Below are positions 38,229 to 49,981 of a DNA stretch of 64,000 nucleotides, in pieces. Below the pieces are notes generated by a model. It worked only from the letters and a program-made list of their open reading frames with translations. It was not told the DNA's origin and searched no databases. The translations under genes and the position numbers were made by a program. The stretch spans positions 6,104 through 70,103 of the forward strand of contig JAUNGP010000007.1 in the NCBI GenBank assembly GCA_030524345.1. Reading direction: 5' to 3'. This DNA is from Clostridia bacterium (GTDB taxonomy: Bacteria; Bacillota; Clostridia; TANB77; CAG-465). Positions within the stretch are counted from its first letter, which is position 1. The number at the start of each line of letters is the position of its first letter.

Positions 38229-39296
38229 ATGATATCTGAAGAAAGAAAGAAAGCATTAGACATAGCAATGGCTCAAATCCAAAAGAATTTTGGTAAGGGA
38301 GCTGTAATGAAACTTGGAGAAGTTGGAAATGTAAGTATTGATTCAATTCCATCTGGAGCTTTAAGTTTAGACATCGCCCTAGGAATAGGGGGATTTCCAA
38401 GGGGAAGAATTATTGAAATATTTGGACCTGAATCTTCTGGTAAAACAACAGTTGCTTTACACGCAATTGCAGAAGCGCAAAAACTTGGTGGTATTGCTGC
38501 TTTTATTGATGCAGAACATGCATTAGATCCAGTATATGCAAGAAATCTTGGTGTAGATGTGGATAACTTAATTGTTGCACAACCAGATACTGGTGAACAA
38601 GCCTTAGAAATAGCTGAGCAATTAGTTAGAAGCGGAGCTGTGGATATAATAACAATTGATTCTGTTGCTGCACTAGTTCCAAAAGCAGAAATAGATGGAG
38701 AAATGGGAGATTCACATATAGGATTACAAGCTAGACTTATGTCACAAGCTTTAAGAAAATTAACTGGCGTACTTAATAAATCTAACACAGTTGCTATATT
38801 TATTAATCAGCTACGTGAAAAAGTTGGTATTTTGTTTGGAAATCCAGAGACTACACCAGGCGGTCGAGCATTAAAATTCTATGCTTCAGTTCGACTTGAT
38901 GTAAGGAAACAGGAAGCTATCAAAGTAAATGGAGAAGTAATGGGAACTAGAACAAAAGTAAAAGTAGTAAAAAATAAAGTAGCCCCTCCTTTTAGGGAAG
39001 CAGTATTTGATATTGTTTATGGAAAAGGTATATCAAATGAAGGCTGTGTTTTAGATTTGGCAACTGATATGAATATTGTTGATAAAAGTGGAGCTTGGTT
39101 TGCATATAATGGTCAAAAAATAGGACAGGGAAGAGAAAATGCAAAGATATTTTTAAAAGAAAATCCTGAGTTAATGAAAGAAATAGAACAAAAAGTAAGA
39201 GACAATTTTAATGCGGCATTTGAAAAGAGTATGGGAGAAATTCCAGAAGCAGGGGAAGAAGTAGTAGAAGTGGAAAGTATTGAATCAGAAGAATAG
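38229..39296 (+). CDS. recA: Recombinase RecA
   Basis: Start set after GGAGGAAA. The track start at 38202 lies inside the SOS box. Walker [10 protein letters not shown]. Canonical RecA sequence throughout, with an acidic tail. Confidence 0.97.
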   Translation: MISEERKKALDIAMAQIQKNFGKGAVMKLGEVGNVSIDSIPSGALSLDIALGIGGFPRGRIIEIFGPESSGKTTVALHAIAEAQKLGGIAAFIDAEHALDPVYARNLGVDVDNLIVAQPDTGEQALEIAEQLVRSGAVDIITIDSVAALVPKAEIDGEMGDSHIGLQARLMSQALRKLTGVLNKSNTVAIFINQLREKVGILFGNPETTPGGRALKFYASVRLDVRKQEAIKVNGEVMGTRTKVKVVKNKVAPPFREAVFDIVYGKGISNEGCVLDLATDMNIVDKSGAWFAYNGQKIGQGRENAKIFLKENPELMKEIEQKVRDNFNAAFEKSMGEIPEAGEEVVEVESIESEE

Positions 39297-39305
39297 AGGA
39301 GATAA

Positions 39306-39731
39306 ATGGAATTTGAAATTGCTAAAGAAAAAGCAGTAAAGTATTTAGTGACTGCTAGAAAAACGGAGTATGAAGTTAGATTAAAATTAAAAAAAGGAAA
39401 GTTTTCTGATGATATAATAGATCAAGTCATTGACTATTTAATAGAAATTGATTATATCAATGATGATGAATATGTAGATGCATATATACGACAATGTATG
39501 CATCTTTTAAATTATTCCATATTTGAGATAAAGCAGAAACTCTTGCAAAAAGGAATAAAAAAGGATATAATTGAGAAAAAAGTTGATAAGTTAAAAGAAA
39601 CTAGTTATGAAACCGAACTGAAACAAAAGTTATTAAATGGAAAACTGAAGAATATGGAAGATATTAAAGTGACAAAATATCTATATAGAAGAGGACTCTT
39701 GAATAGTTCTAATAATTTTTATGAGGAGTGA
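39306..39731 (+). CDS. recX: RecX regulatory protein
   Basis: Position immediately after recA. A ~140-aa helical-repeat protein with the A..YL..R..T..E...KL pattern. Confidence 0.7.
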   Translation: MEFEIAKEKAVKYLVTARKTEYEVRLKLKKGKFSDDIIDQVIDYLIEIDYINDDEYVDAYIRQCMHLLNYSIFEIKQKLLQKGIKKDIIEKKVDKLKETSYETELKQKLLNGKLKNMEDIKVTKYLYRRGLLNSSNNFYEE

Positions 39732-40483
39732 TGATATTGAAAATAAATGTTCCAACTGTACATAATGAAGCAAGACTTGGCGATATTGCTAAGACTGTAA
39801 TTATGCCAGGTGATCCACTAAGGGCTAAATATATTGTAGAGAATTTTTTTGATGAATATACTTGTTATAATAATGTAAGGGGAATGCTTGGATATACTGG
39901 TAACTATAAAGGAGTAAGATTATCTGTTCAAGGAAGTGGTATGGGAATTCCTTCAATGGGCATTTACTCAAAAGAATTATTTGAAGGATATGATGTTGAT
40001 AATATTATAAGAGTTGGCAGTGCAGGTAGCTTATCAAATGATAGGGCAAGTAAGTATGCAAAAGATGTAAAGTTAGGAGACATATTGGTTGCACGTGATG
40101 TCGATACGGATTCTAATTTTGGAATATCTAGTGGATATGAAGAATTATATCCTATAGCGTCAGAGAAATTATTAAATATACTACTAAAAATCAAGGACAA
40201 TGTTAAGGTAGGAACAATATTTACTTCTGATGTATTTTATAAAGATAAAGAAAAACTAATTGAAGTGTCTCAATCTGATGTGATGGGAGTAGAAATGGAG
40301 ACATATGCACTATATTTAAATGCACTTTCAGCGGGCAAAAATGCTCTTGCTATTTTTACTGTTTCTGATAATCCAATTCTTGGTGAATTTATTGATTCAG
40401 AAAAAAGAGAAAAGGGATTAAATGAGATGATAGAAATTGCATTAGAACTTGCAATAAAATGTGAAAAAGAGGAAATGATATAA
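39728..40483 (+). CDS. deoD: Purine nucleoside phosphorylase, DeoD type
   Basis: GDIA..V.MPGDPLRAKYI...F, VRGMLGYTG.YKG...SVQGSGMGIPS..IY..EL, MEТ-type EME motif (VEMET). The start is ambiguous (GTG 39728 / ATG 39731 / TTG 39737). Confidence 0.85.
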   Translation: MMILKINVPTVHNEARLGDIAKTVIMPGDPLRAKYIVENFFDEYTCYNNVRGMLGYTGNYKGVRLSVQGSGMGIPSMGIYSKELFEGYDVDNIIRVGSAGSLSNDRASKYAKDVKLGDILVARDVDTDSNFGISSGYEELYPIASEKLLNILLKIKDNVKVGTIFTSDVFYKDKEKLIEVSQSDVMGVEMETYALYLNALSAGKNALAIFTVSDNPILGEFIDSEKREKGLNEMIEIALELAIKCEKEEMI

Positions 40484-41283
40484 TGCCAGAAATACTAATT
40501 AATCAAAAGCCAAAGTATAAATTTGTAATAGATAATTTTGAAGGACCGCTTGATTTGCTACTATTTCTTATAACCAAAAATAAAATGAATATTTTTGATA
40601 TTTCCCTAAATGACTTAACAGATGAATATGTAAAGTATTTAGAGGAAATGAATGAGAGTAATATAGAGGTTGCATCAGAATTTATTGTTATGGCTGCTAC
40701 ATTACTTGATATAAAAGCAAGAAAATTGCTTCCAGAAATTGAGCCAAAAGATGAGGAAGAAGAGACTGTTTCAGAAGAAGATATTATTAATAAAATTATA
40801 GCATATAAGAAGTATAAAGAAGTAGCAGAGATAATAAATGATATGTATTCTCAAAATTTTGGTTCTTTTGCTAAGCCATTTGAAAAGATAAAATTTAATA
40901 CAAAATTAGAATATACAGGGGATCATTTTTCTGCTCAAGATATATTTGAAATTTATACTAGAATATTATATAGAAATGCAAATAAGATAAATAAAAAAGC
41001 AGAGGAATTAAATAGACTTGCTGTGTATGAAAGAATCACTGTCCAAGATAAGGTAAAGCAGATAGTAAACTATTTAAATTGCAATCACAATATGGTATTT
41101 AATTCAGTATTTAATTCAGATATTTGTGATAACATAGAAGTAGTTACTGCATTTCTTGGAGTATTAGAACTTAGTAAATTAAAACAGGTAGATATTGAAC
41201 AACAGTATTTGTTTTCTGATATCAATGTTACTAAAAAAGATGAAGTAAATATCAAGATTGATTTGACAAATATAATGGAATAA
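40483..41283 (+). CDS. scpA: Segregation and condensation protein A (kleisin)
   Basis: FEGPLDLLLFLI.K.K..I.DI.L..L...Y is the family signature. The start overlaps the deoD stop (TAATG). Confidence 0.85.
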   Translation: MPEILINQKPKYKFVIDNFEGPLDLLLFLITKNKMNIFDISLNDLTDEYVKYLEEMNESNIEVASEFIVMAATLLDIKARKLLPEIEPKDEEEETVSEEDIINKIIAYKKYKEVAEIINDMYSQNFGSFAKPFEKIKFNTKLEYTGDHFSAQDIFEIYTRILYRNANKINKKAEELNRLAVYERITVQDKVKQIVNYLNCNHNMVFNSVFNSDICDNIEVVTAFLGVLELSKLKQVDIEQQYLFSDINVTKKDEVNIKIDLTNIME

Positions 41284-41285
41284 TA

Positions 41286-41316
41286 AAAAGCCACCGATAA
41301 TATTCGGTGGCCTTTC
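41286..41316. terminator. Bidirectional hairpin terminator
   Basis: gccaccga / tcggtggc GC-rich stem flanked by aaaaa and ttt. Confidence 0.7.
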
Positions 41317-41334
41317 AGTCGTTATAGTTTGGCG

Positions 41335-41634
41335 TTATACTTTCTGATTTAACGCAAAAAATTGTTTCAGAGTACAACAGCCTTCAATGGCACGGATATC
41401 CTCATCCATGAGATTAGACCAAAGACGGGTGATGTTTATGGAATAACAGATGTTTTTACATCTACCGAACACCTGATAGATCAGATCTTTGTCTCTGGTG
41501 ATTCCTTTTACACGGATACCGGAAATTTCCAAATCGCCGACTTTTTTGGGCTCTCTCTTAGACAAGTTAACATTGATTCCTACAATGTCTCCCTTTAGTT
41601 TTTCTTTGTTTTTTTGAAACACATTTAATCTCAT
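41335..41634 (-). CDS. Hypothetical protein (99 aa), G/C-richer than its surroundings
   Basis: Good RBS (AAGGAGG, 9-nt spacing). No recognisable motif. Confidence 0.5.
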   Translation of the reverse strand: MRLNVFQKNKEKLKGDIVGINVNLSKREPKKVGDLEISGIRVKGITRDKDLIYQVFGRCKNICYSINITRLWSNLMDEDIRAIEGCCTLKQFFALNQKV

Positions 41635-41798
41635 AGTTAGAGACCTCCTTAAATTTTTTACAATTATATTATATCATATTTTTATAATTATGTAAACAAA
41701 AAGTAATAAATTTTTATAAATTTTAATATATTATATTGTATTAAATGATATGATTTATTGTCGAAATTTTAGTATTTTGTGAAATTTTTGTGAAGTAC

Positions 41799-42159
<361 letters not shown>

Positions 42160-42167
42160 GGAGGTAA

Positions 42168-43808
<1,641 letters not shown>

Positions 43809-43826
43809 TAGATAATGAAAAAGATA

Positions 43827-43856
43827 AAAGGTATTGCAATTTTGCAATACCTTTTA
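43827..43856 (+). terminator. Rho-independent terminator of groESL
   Basis: ggtattgca / tgcaatacc stem followed by tttt. Confidence 0.8.
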
Positions 43857-44225
43857 TCATTCTATTAAATAGTAGTATTTTATTTTTTTACTTTAAATGA
43901 GAAAAGTTAGACTTTAATTGTGTTTGATTTTCAGTGTTATTATCAAAATATACATGACTTTTATTTGTACTAAGAATCTTAGATTATCATAGAAAATGCC
44001 ATAAATGATTCAAAAAATGATAATTATAGATAATGGAAATAAAGTTGAATTCCGTTTTGACATCTTAATGATCTCCTTTTAAATAACATGAAATTATTAT
44101 ATTACACTTTCTGATATTATGTCAAATTATATATATACAAGCATTTTTAAATTATAATATACTGCAATTCTATTGAAAATAAAACTAATATAATGTATAA
44201 TAAGTATTAAAATGAGGAGAATATA

Positions 44226-44621
44226 ATGGAAGAATATATAAAAAATATAGATTTGCAAACTGTTTCAATGCAAACATTAGCATTTATAGGAGATGCAGTA
44301 TATAATGTATATATAAGGTGCTATTTGGCAGCAAATAGTAATGAAAAAACTGGCAAACTACATAAGGAATCTATAAGATATGTTAGTGCAAAAGGGCAAT
44401 CAGAGACAATAGAGGAGATATTAAATTTATTAACGGAAGAAGAAAAGGCCGTATATAAAAGGGGAAGAAATACAAATATAACTTCTGTTTCTAAAAATAT
44501 AGATGTAGTTAGTTATAAAAGGGCAACTGGTTTTGAGGCATTACTTGGATATTTATATATAAAAGGGGACAAGTCTAGACTTGATGAATTGATCGATATA
44601 TGTATTAATAAGTTAAATTAG
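44226..44621 (+). CDS. mrnC: Mini-ribonuclease 3
   Basis: LAFIGDAVY..YIR and GFEAL.GYLY are RNase III-like motifs. The ~130 aa size fits Mini-III/YazC. Confidence 0.8.
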   Translation: MEEYIKNIDLQTVSMQTLAFIGDAVYNVYIRCYLAANSNEKTGKLHKESIRYVSAKGQSETIEEILNLLTEEEKAVYKRGRNTNITSVSKNIDVVSYKRATGFEALLGYLYIKGDKSRLDELIDICINKLN

Positions 44622-44632
44622 GGAGGTATATT

Positions 44633-45229
44633 ATGGCAGAAAAAAAATTAGAGGAAAAGAATAATGTCAGTGAAGATACTGTAAGAACACAAGAAAGTGA
44701 AGCTAGCATTATAGATGATAATTTAAAAGAAATCATTAAAAGAATTCAAAAAGAGAAAAAAATCTCCAAAGAAGAGATCGAAAAATTAAAAAAAGAAGCA
44801 TCAGATAGTATTAATTTTGTAGAAAAGATTGAACAAATTAGTTTAGATTTTGATAAATATGTGGTATTTACGGATGGAAATGAACAATTAGTTTATGAGG
44901 ATGGAGAATTTTATGTTGTATCTTCTACTGATGCAAATCAAAAAAGGGAAAAGAAGAAAAAAGAGGAAGCTAAAAATATGTATTTAGAATATTTTATTAG
45001 ATATATATTAAATCCTATTATAAAACAACGTGATATTAATGAACATGCTAAGGGAATTTCTAATCCTACTTTAGAAAAAGAAACAAGAGAATTAAAGCAA
45101 AGAATTGCTACAAAGAGTAAAGAACAGGATAAGGATAAATTAGTTAAAGAACAAGTACCTTCAAAAGAAGAACCAATTCAAAAGAAGAAAGAAGAGCCAG
45201 AAATTGAAATTAGTGATTCTTTAATGTAA
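44633..45229 (+). CDS. Hypothetical Lys/Glu-rich protein (198 aa)
   Basis: RBS is GGGAGG. Low-complexity charged ends around a short central domain. Confidence 0.5.
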   Translation: MAEKKLEEKNNVSEDTVRTQESEASIIDDNLKEIIKRIQKEKKISKEEIEKLKKEASDSINFVEKIEQISLDFDKYVVFTDGNEQLVYEDGEFYVVSSTDANQKREKKKKEEAKNMYLEYFIRYILNPIIKQRDINEHAKGISNPTLEKETRELKQRIATKSKEQDKDKLVKEQVPSKEEPIQKKKEEPEIEISDSLM

Positions 45230-45280
45230 AAAGAGAGCTTAGAAGATTTTGAGATTATCAAAAAATTCTAAGCATATTTT

Positions 45281-45523
45281 TTAGTTTATAGAATTTTTAA
45301 CTTGTTCGATATCTGCTTCTCCAGCTGGAGCTGCTGGAACATAGTATCCTTTTTCTTTATTGATTAAATAAATTTGCCATTGTATGTCTTCTAAATTATC
45401 TCTTGCATTTACAATTGTATCCCTAAAATTTTTGTTATTTGCCTGTTGAATTGTATAACATAATAATGTTATTGCACTATTTGTACATGAAAGTACATCA
45501 TCTAAAGCTACTTTTTCTGTCAT
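45281..45523 (-). CDS. Spore coat protein, CotF-like (Coat_F domain)
   Basis: A helical ~80-aa protein ending GYY.P..A, as in Clostridial Coat F pairs. Family-level recall. Confidence 0.45.
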   Translation of the reverse strand: MTEKVALDDVLSCTNSAITLLCYTIQQANNKNFRDTIVNARDNLEDIQWQIYLINKEKGYYVPAAPAGEADIEQVKNSIN

Positions 45524-45536
45524 ATCAATACACCTC

Positions 45537-45719
45537 CTATAACATTTGTGATAGCTCTGTCTTTAGACTATTTAACTCTTGACATAGACTATCTAAAAGT
45601 TCTGTAACATTTGTATCCTGTGTTAAAGTTTTATAATAAGTAATTTTGTCACAAAAGTTTGTTGCATGACCACATATGTGTCTTATATTTTGTAATTCAA
45701 TTTGATTTAAACTATTCAT
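45537..45719 (-). CDS. Small CotF-like spore coat protein partner (60 aa)
   Basis: Paired upstream of the 80-aa gene. The L.Q.EL..I......... pattern resembles the short member of Coat F gene pairs. RBS is AAAGGAGG. Confidence 0.4.
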   Translation of the reverse strand: MNSLNQIELQNIRHICGHATNFCDKITYYKTLTQDTNVTELLDSLCQELNSLKTELSQML

Positions 45720-45883
45720 ATAAAATCCTCCTTTTAAATCACATTAATATTATCTGTTAAAAAAATGAAATTATTCTGTTATTTCATGACATTATTTGTA
45801 AATTGACATATAAAAATAAATGTTGTATAATTAGTTTACAATAAAATAAAAATTTAACATATAATTAAGATGGAGGAAAAAAG

Positions 45884-46291
45884 ATGAAAGCTTTAGTTGT
45901 GAGTTATGTAGATGGAATCACTGAAGAAATTAAGGAGGTATTAAAAAAGTATGATTGTCATATGAATATCGATACTTCAGTAGATATTTGTCATGCTCGG
46001 CATCATATAACTATGAAAGAATATGATATTCTTGTAATAGATATGATGACACAGTTTGACGATAACTATTGTATTGGCCCTCTTTTAAAACCTGCTCTTG
46101 ATTTTTTAAGTTCTATTACTAAATCATCTAAAATCAACAAGCCTAAAAAGGTATTTGCATTATTTGACGAGTGTGAAACAGGGGATAAGGGGAAAGATAT
46201 TGTATTAAATTTAGGATATAAAATAGCCAATTTTTCCTTTGCCTCAATGCAATGGAGACGTGAGTTGTTAAAGTACATGGAGGATGAATAA
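45884..46291 (+). CDS. Hypothetical protein with a receiver-like (CheY-fold-like) N-terminal pattern
   Basis: MKALVV....17-aa helix...YDILVIDMM resembles beta1 / alpha1 / beta3-Asp of REC domains, but it lacks the N-terminal acidic pair. RBS is GGAGG. Confidence 0.4.
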   Translation: MKALVVSYVDGITEEIKEVLKKYDCHMNIDTSVDICHARHHITMKEYDILVIDMMTQFDDNYCIGPLLKPALDFLSSITKSSKINKPKKVFALFDECETGDKGKDIVLNLGYKIANFSFASMQWRRELLKYMEDE

Positions 46292-46319
46292 AAAAATAGC
46301 TGGTATTAGAATATGCCAG

Positions 46320-46685
46320 CTATTTTATTGTTGGTTTTGCAAAAAGGGAAGCTAAAAAACCGAATACTATAGCAGAACTAATACCTGCTGCTGCAGCTTT
46401 TACTCCACCAGTAAATATACCTAAAAATCCGATTTCGTCCACCTCTTTTATAACACCTTTTGCAAGATTGGATCCAAATCCTGATATTGGAACTGTTGCG
46501 CCTGCCCCTCCAAAATCAATTAAGGGCTGATATAACCCGATAGAATATAATATTACTCCCATTACTAAAAATACAACAAGTATTCTTGCAGGCGTTATTT
46601 TAGTTTTATCGATCAGAATCTGGCCAATTGCACATATGATACCACCTGTTATAAATACTTTTAAATATTCAATTAAAATGTCCAT
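46320..46685 (-). CDS. spoVAE: Stage V sporulation protein AE (SpoVAEb-type)
   Basis: A ~120-aa membrane protein with FGGAGATVP..GF and GG...A..G. Start set at MDILIEY after GAGGTG. Confidence 0.8.
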   Translation of the reverse strand: MDILIEYLKVFITGGIICAIGQILIDKTKITPARILVVFLVMGVILYSIGLYQPLIDFGGAGATVPISGFGSNLAKGVIKEVDEIGFLGIFTGGVKAAAAGISSAIVFGFLASLFAKPTIK

Positions 46686-46686
46686 A

Positions 46687-47703
46687 CTACACCTCATTTT
46701 CTATTGCTACTGCATGCGCAATTCCAGGTATTGATTCACCCTGTTGTGAAGATAAAGTACTCATAAGTGCACCAGTTGCAACGATTAATATTTTATTCAT
46801 TTTTTTTGTTTTTAATTGTTCAAAGAAGTATCCACTAAAAACACTAGCCATACATCCGCATCCACTGCCACCACAGTGAGTATCTTGTTTATCATGATCA
46901 TAGATTAATGCACCACAATCAGCATGTATTCCATTTAATTCAATTCCTTCTTTCCTAAATATATCAACTAATATTTCTGAGCCAAGGACTCCTAAATCAC
47001 CAGTAACAATCGCATCATAATAATCAGCAGTTCTACCTGTATCCTGTAAGTGCATAGCAATTGTATTGAATGCAGCGGGGGCCATTGCAGCTCCCATATT
47101 TGTCATATCAGTAACATTATAATCAATTATTTTTCCAGGTGTTACATGAGTAACATAAGGACCTGGTATACCGTCTTCTTTTTTTACTACAATTGCGCTT
47201 CCTGAAGCTGTTACAGTACATTGAGCTGTTGGACTTTTTTGATTACCGTGCTCAAGGGGCATTCTAAATTGTCTTTCAGCACTACAAAAATGTGATGATG
47301 TGGCGGCAATTGCCTTGCTTGCATAATTTGCATTTACAAATAAAGAGGCAAGTGTTAATGATTCGCAAAAGGTAGAACATGCCCCATATAATCCAAAGAA
47401 AGGAATTCCCAAATTTCTCATGCAGTATCCTGAAGAGATACATTGGTTTAATAGATCACCTGCAAAAATATAATCTATGTCTTCATTTTTAACAGAAGCT
47501 TTATTTAAAAGATTATTGATACAGGTTTCCATCATTTTACTTTCGGCCTTTTCGAAGCTTTTTTCCCCTAAGAAAATGTCTTGTGTATCTAAATCGAAGT
47601 ATATGCTTAGTGGTCCTTGTTTTTCCTTAGGACCTACCATACTTGAAGTTTGAAGAATTTTAGGTGTATTTTCAAGTTTTATAGTTTGTTTTCCAACTTT
47701 CAT
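46687..47703 (-). CDS. spoVAD: Stage V sporulation protein AD (thiolase-fold)
   Basis: 338 aa. N-terminal GKQT......P.I......VGPKE..GPL..YFD. Sits between spoVAC and spoVAE. Confidence 0.85.
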   Translation of the reverse strand: MKVGKQTIKLENTPKILQTSSMVGPKEKQGPLSIYFDLDTQDIFLGEKSFEKAESKMMETCINNLLNKASVKNEDIDYIFAGDLLNQCISSGYCMRNLGIPFFGLYGACSTFCESLTLASLFVNANYASKAIAATSSHFCSAERQFRMPLEHGNQKSPTAQCTVTASGSAIVVKKEDGIPGPYVTHVTPGKIIDYNVTDMTNMGAAMAPAAFNTIAMHLQDTGRTADYYDAIVTGDLGVLGSEILVDIFRKEGIELNGIHADCGALIYDHDKQDTHCGGSGCGCMASVFSGYFFEQLKTKKMNKILIVATGALMSTLSSQQGESIPGIAHAVAIENEV

Positions 47704-47715
47704 AATATTGTCCTC

Positions 47716-48174
47716 CTATATAAATAATTTTATAAGCCAGTATATTAGTCCAACAGCCACTGAACTGCTGATGCCATATACTAAAACTGGACCTGCTATT
47801 TTAAACATATTGGCGCCAAGTCCTAAAATGTAACCTTCTGTTTTATATTCAATTGCAGGCGCTACCACTGAATTTGAAAAACCTGTTATTGGAATAATGG
47901 AACCTGCTCCTGCAAACTTTCCAATTTTTGAATATAAATTAAGTGAAGTAAGAAAAGCACCTAAAAATATTAAAATGATACTAGTAATGATTCCAGCATC
48001 ATCTTTAGTAACGCCAAATTTCATGAAGAGATCTGTTATTAATTGTCCTATCATACATATAATTCCACCAACTAAAAATGCTAGTGCGACATCTTTTAAG
48101 ATTGGACTATTTTTTGCTTTTTTGTCAATATAATCTGAATATTCCTGATTTGTCATATTGATATTTGTATTCAT
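47716..48174 (-). CDS. spoVAC: Stage V sporulation protein AC
   Basis: A ~150-aa membrane protein with AFLVGG.IC.IGQ and GAGS..PITGF.N. First gene of the C-D-E trio. Confidence 0.85.
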   Translation of the reverse strand: MNTNINMTNQEYSDYIDKKAKNSPILKDVALAFLVGGIICMIGQLITDLFMKFGVTKDDAGIITSIILIFLGAFLTSLNLYSKIGKFAGAGSIIPITGFSNSVVAPAIEYKTEGYILGLGANMFKIAGPVLVYGISSSVAVGLIYWLIKLFI

Positions 48175-48328
48175 AAACTATCACCACAAATAGTATTTGC
48201 ATAAAATGATATTTTATAAGTTTTTATAAAAATTTCTAAATTTATTTTTTTGCGAAAAATATTGAAATAGAATAAATTATCTGATATAATAATTTTCGTA
48301 AACGGATAAAGCAGTGGAGGTAGTTATA

Positions 48329-48748
48329 ATGGAGAATGAAAAGAAATTTGGGACTGAAATGTTTGGATACGATAAAAAAGAAGTAGAAGAATATGTAAAA
48401 GCCCTAAAGGCAGAATATGAAAGTAAATTACAAGCTGAACGTTCAGATGCTAATAGAGTTGCAAATGAGCTTACAATAGTAAAGAAAAAGCTTGAAAAAT
48501 ATGAGTTTGATTATGTTCAAAGACAAGAAAAAGTAGCTAATGCGCTTATAACAGCAGAAGATCAAGCCAAAAAAATAATTGAATCTTCAAGAAGTGAAGC
48601 AATGCAAGAAAAAGATAGAATTGAACATTTAATTGAAATGGAAAAGGAAAAATTACTTGACTTAAAAAAAGATGTCATAGATCTAAAGGAAAAAACTGTG
48701 AGATTACTTGACCAATATAGTCAAGAGATGAATAATTTATTGGATTAG
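48329..48748 (+). CDS. DivIVA-domain protein
   Basis: N-terminal F...MFGYDK.EV..YV motif followed by coiled coil. Start set after GGAGG. Confidence 0.7.
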   Translation: MENEKKFGTEMFGYDKKEVEEYVKALKAEYESKLQAERSDANRVANELTIVKKKLEKYEFDYVQRQEKVANALITAEDQAKKIIESSRSEAMQEKDRIEHLIEMEKEKLLDLKKDVIDLKEKTVRLLDQYSQEMNNLLD

Positions 48749-48798
48749 TAATATATGAAAAATAACCGTAATAGAATAAAACATAAGGAGATGTTTTA

Positions 48799-49944
48799 GT
48801 GAAAGTTACGGTTGCTTTTTTAGGTCAAAAAAATAAAAGTAGTATTTCAAAGATCTTTAATAAAATTTGTATTAATATATATTGGATAGTATATTTTGCT
48901 ATATGTATAGGTATCATGTATTTGATTGTAAACCATACTAAGATATCAAGTAGTATTTTAATGTTTGCTACAAATTTTAGAGAAACAAAAAATGAAGAAC
49001 ATAATGTATTAGAACTTGCTTTAAGTAATGGTATATTTAATAAGAATAATTATAAATTAACGGAAAAAGTAGAAGAAAATGAAGAGGTGATACAAGCAAG
49101 TGTTAGTGAGAATCTTAGTGAATATGAGGTTTTAGATGTTGTGGCAAAGGAATCTGATACACAATCTGTATTTGCAACAATTCCAGAAGCAGTAATTACT
49201 TCTGAAAATAATACTTTACAAAGGATTAGTATAGGAAATACAAATTTGTTAAATTACTCTTCCAAGAGGAGTTTAGATTTTTCTAGTTTCATTTCAAAAA
49301 ATATTTATCTTACAAAGAAAAATGATAAAATCTTTTTATATAGCACACATACATCAGAATCTTATACGAATAGTGAAAAATATCAATTTGAATATTCCGG
49401 TATTATGAGAACAACTGATGCTAATTTTAATATGTTAAAAATTGCAAAGGAATTAAATGCAAACTTACTTACCAAAGGCTTTTATTCTGTTCATAATACA
49501 ACACCTCATGATTATGGATCTTATACAAGTGCATATTCAAAATCTCGTGCAACGGTTACAGAGGCACTCAATAATATGGGAGGAGCTTCTATATCAATTG
49601 ACGTTCATAGAGATGCAATAGAGGATTTAACATATAGACCAATTGCTGATGTTAGAGGTGTACAAGTAGCACAATTAATGTTAGTGATTGGTGTAGGTTA
49701 TGACTCAGATGAAAATCCTTACTATGAGGACAATTTGGCTCTTGCATTACAAATTCAAATGCTTGCAGATAAAGTCTATCCAGGACTTTTTAAGCCTATG
49801 ATTATTAGAGATGCTACCTATAATCAAGATTTAAATAAATATTCAATACTTGTGGAAGTAGGGGCAACAGGCAATACAATAGATGAAGCAATGCTTGCTA
49901 CAAGGTGTCTTACAAATTTATTAAATATATTATATAAAGATTGA
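48799..49944 (+). CDS. spoIIP: Stage II sporulation protein P
   Basis: N-terminal TM. LYSTHTSESY and SIDVHRDA are motifs of the SpoIIP amidase/peptidase family. GTG start after AAGGAGA. Confidence 0.8.
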   Translation: MKVTVAFLGQKNKSSISKIFNKICINIYWIVYFAICIGIMYLIVNHTKISSSILMFATNFRETKNEEHNVLELALSNGIFNKNNYKLTEKVEENEEVIQASVSENLSEYEVLDVVAKESDTQSVFATIPEAVITSENNTLQRISIGNTNLLNYSSKRSLDFSSFISKNIYLTKKNDKIFLYSTHTSESYTNSEKYQFEYSGIMRTTDANFNMLKIAKELNANLLTKGFYSVHNTTPHDYGSYTSAYSKSRATVTEALNNMGGASISIDVHRDAIEDLTYRPIADVRGVQVAQLMLVIGVGYDSDENPYYEDNLALALQIQMLADKVYPGLFKPMIIRDATYNQDLNKYSILVEVGATGNTIDEAMLATRCLTNLLNILYKD

Positions 49945-49981
49945 TTGTCTAATTTTTATGTGTTATAATAAAAAATCAGTA

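Noticed and set aside
38273-38788. 171-aa ORF antisense to recA
   Set aside because: Same reasoning: it is embedded opposite a canonical conserved gene, has no start-site signals and gives a low-complexity translation.
41759-41765. TGTCGAA heptamer (Spo0A 0A-box) upstream of the groES promoter
   Set aside because: It is a single 7-mer occurrence, expected by chance in 64 kb, with no second box or supporting context.
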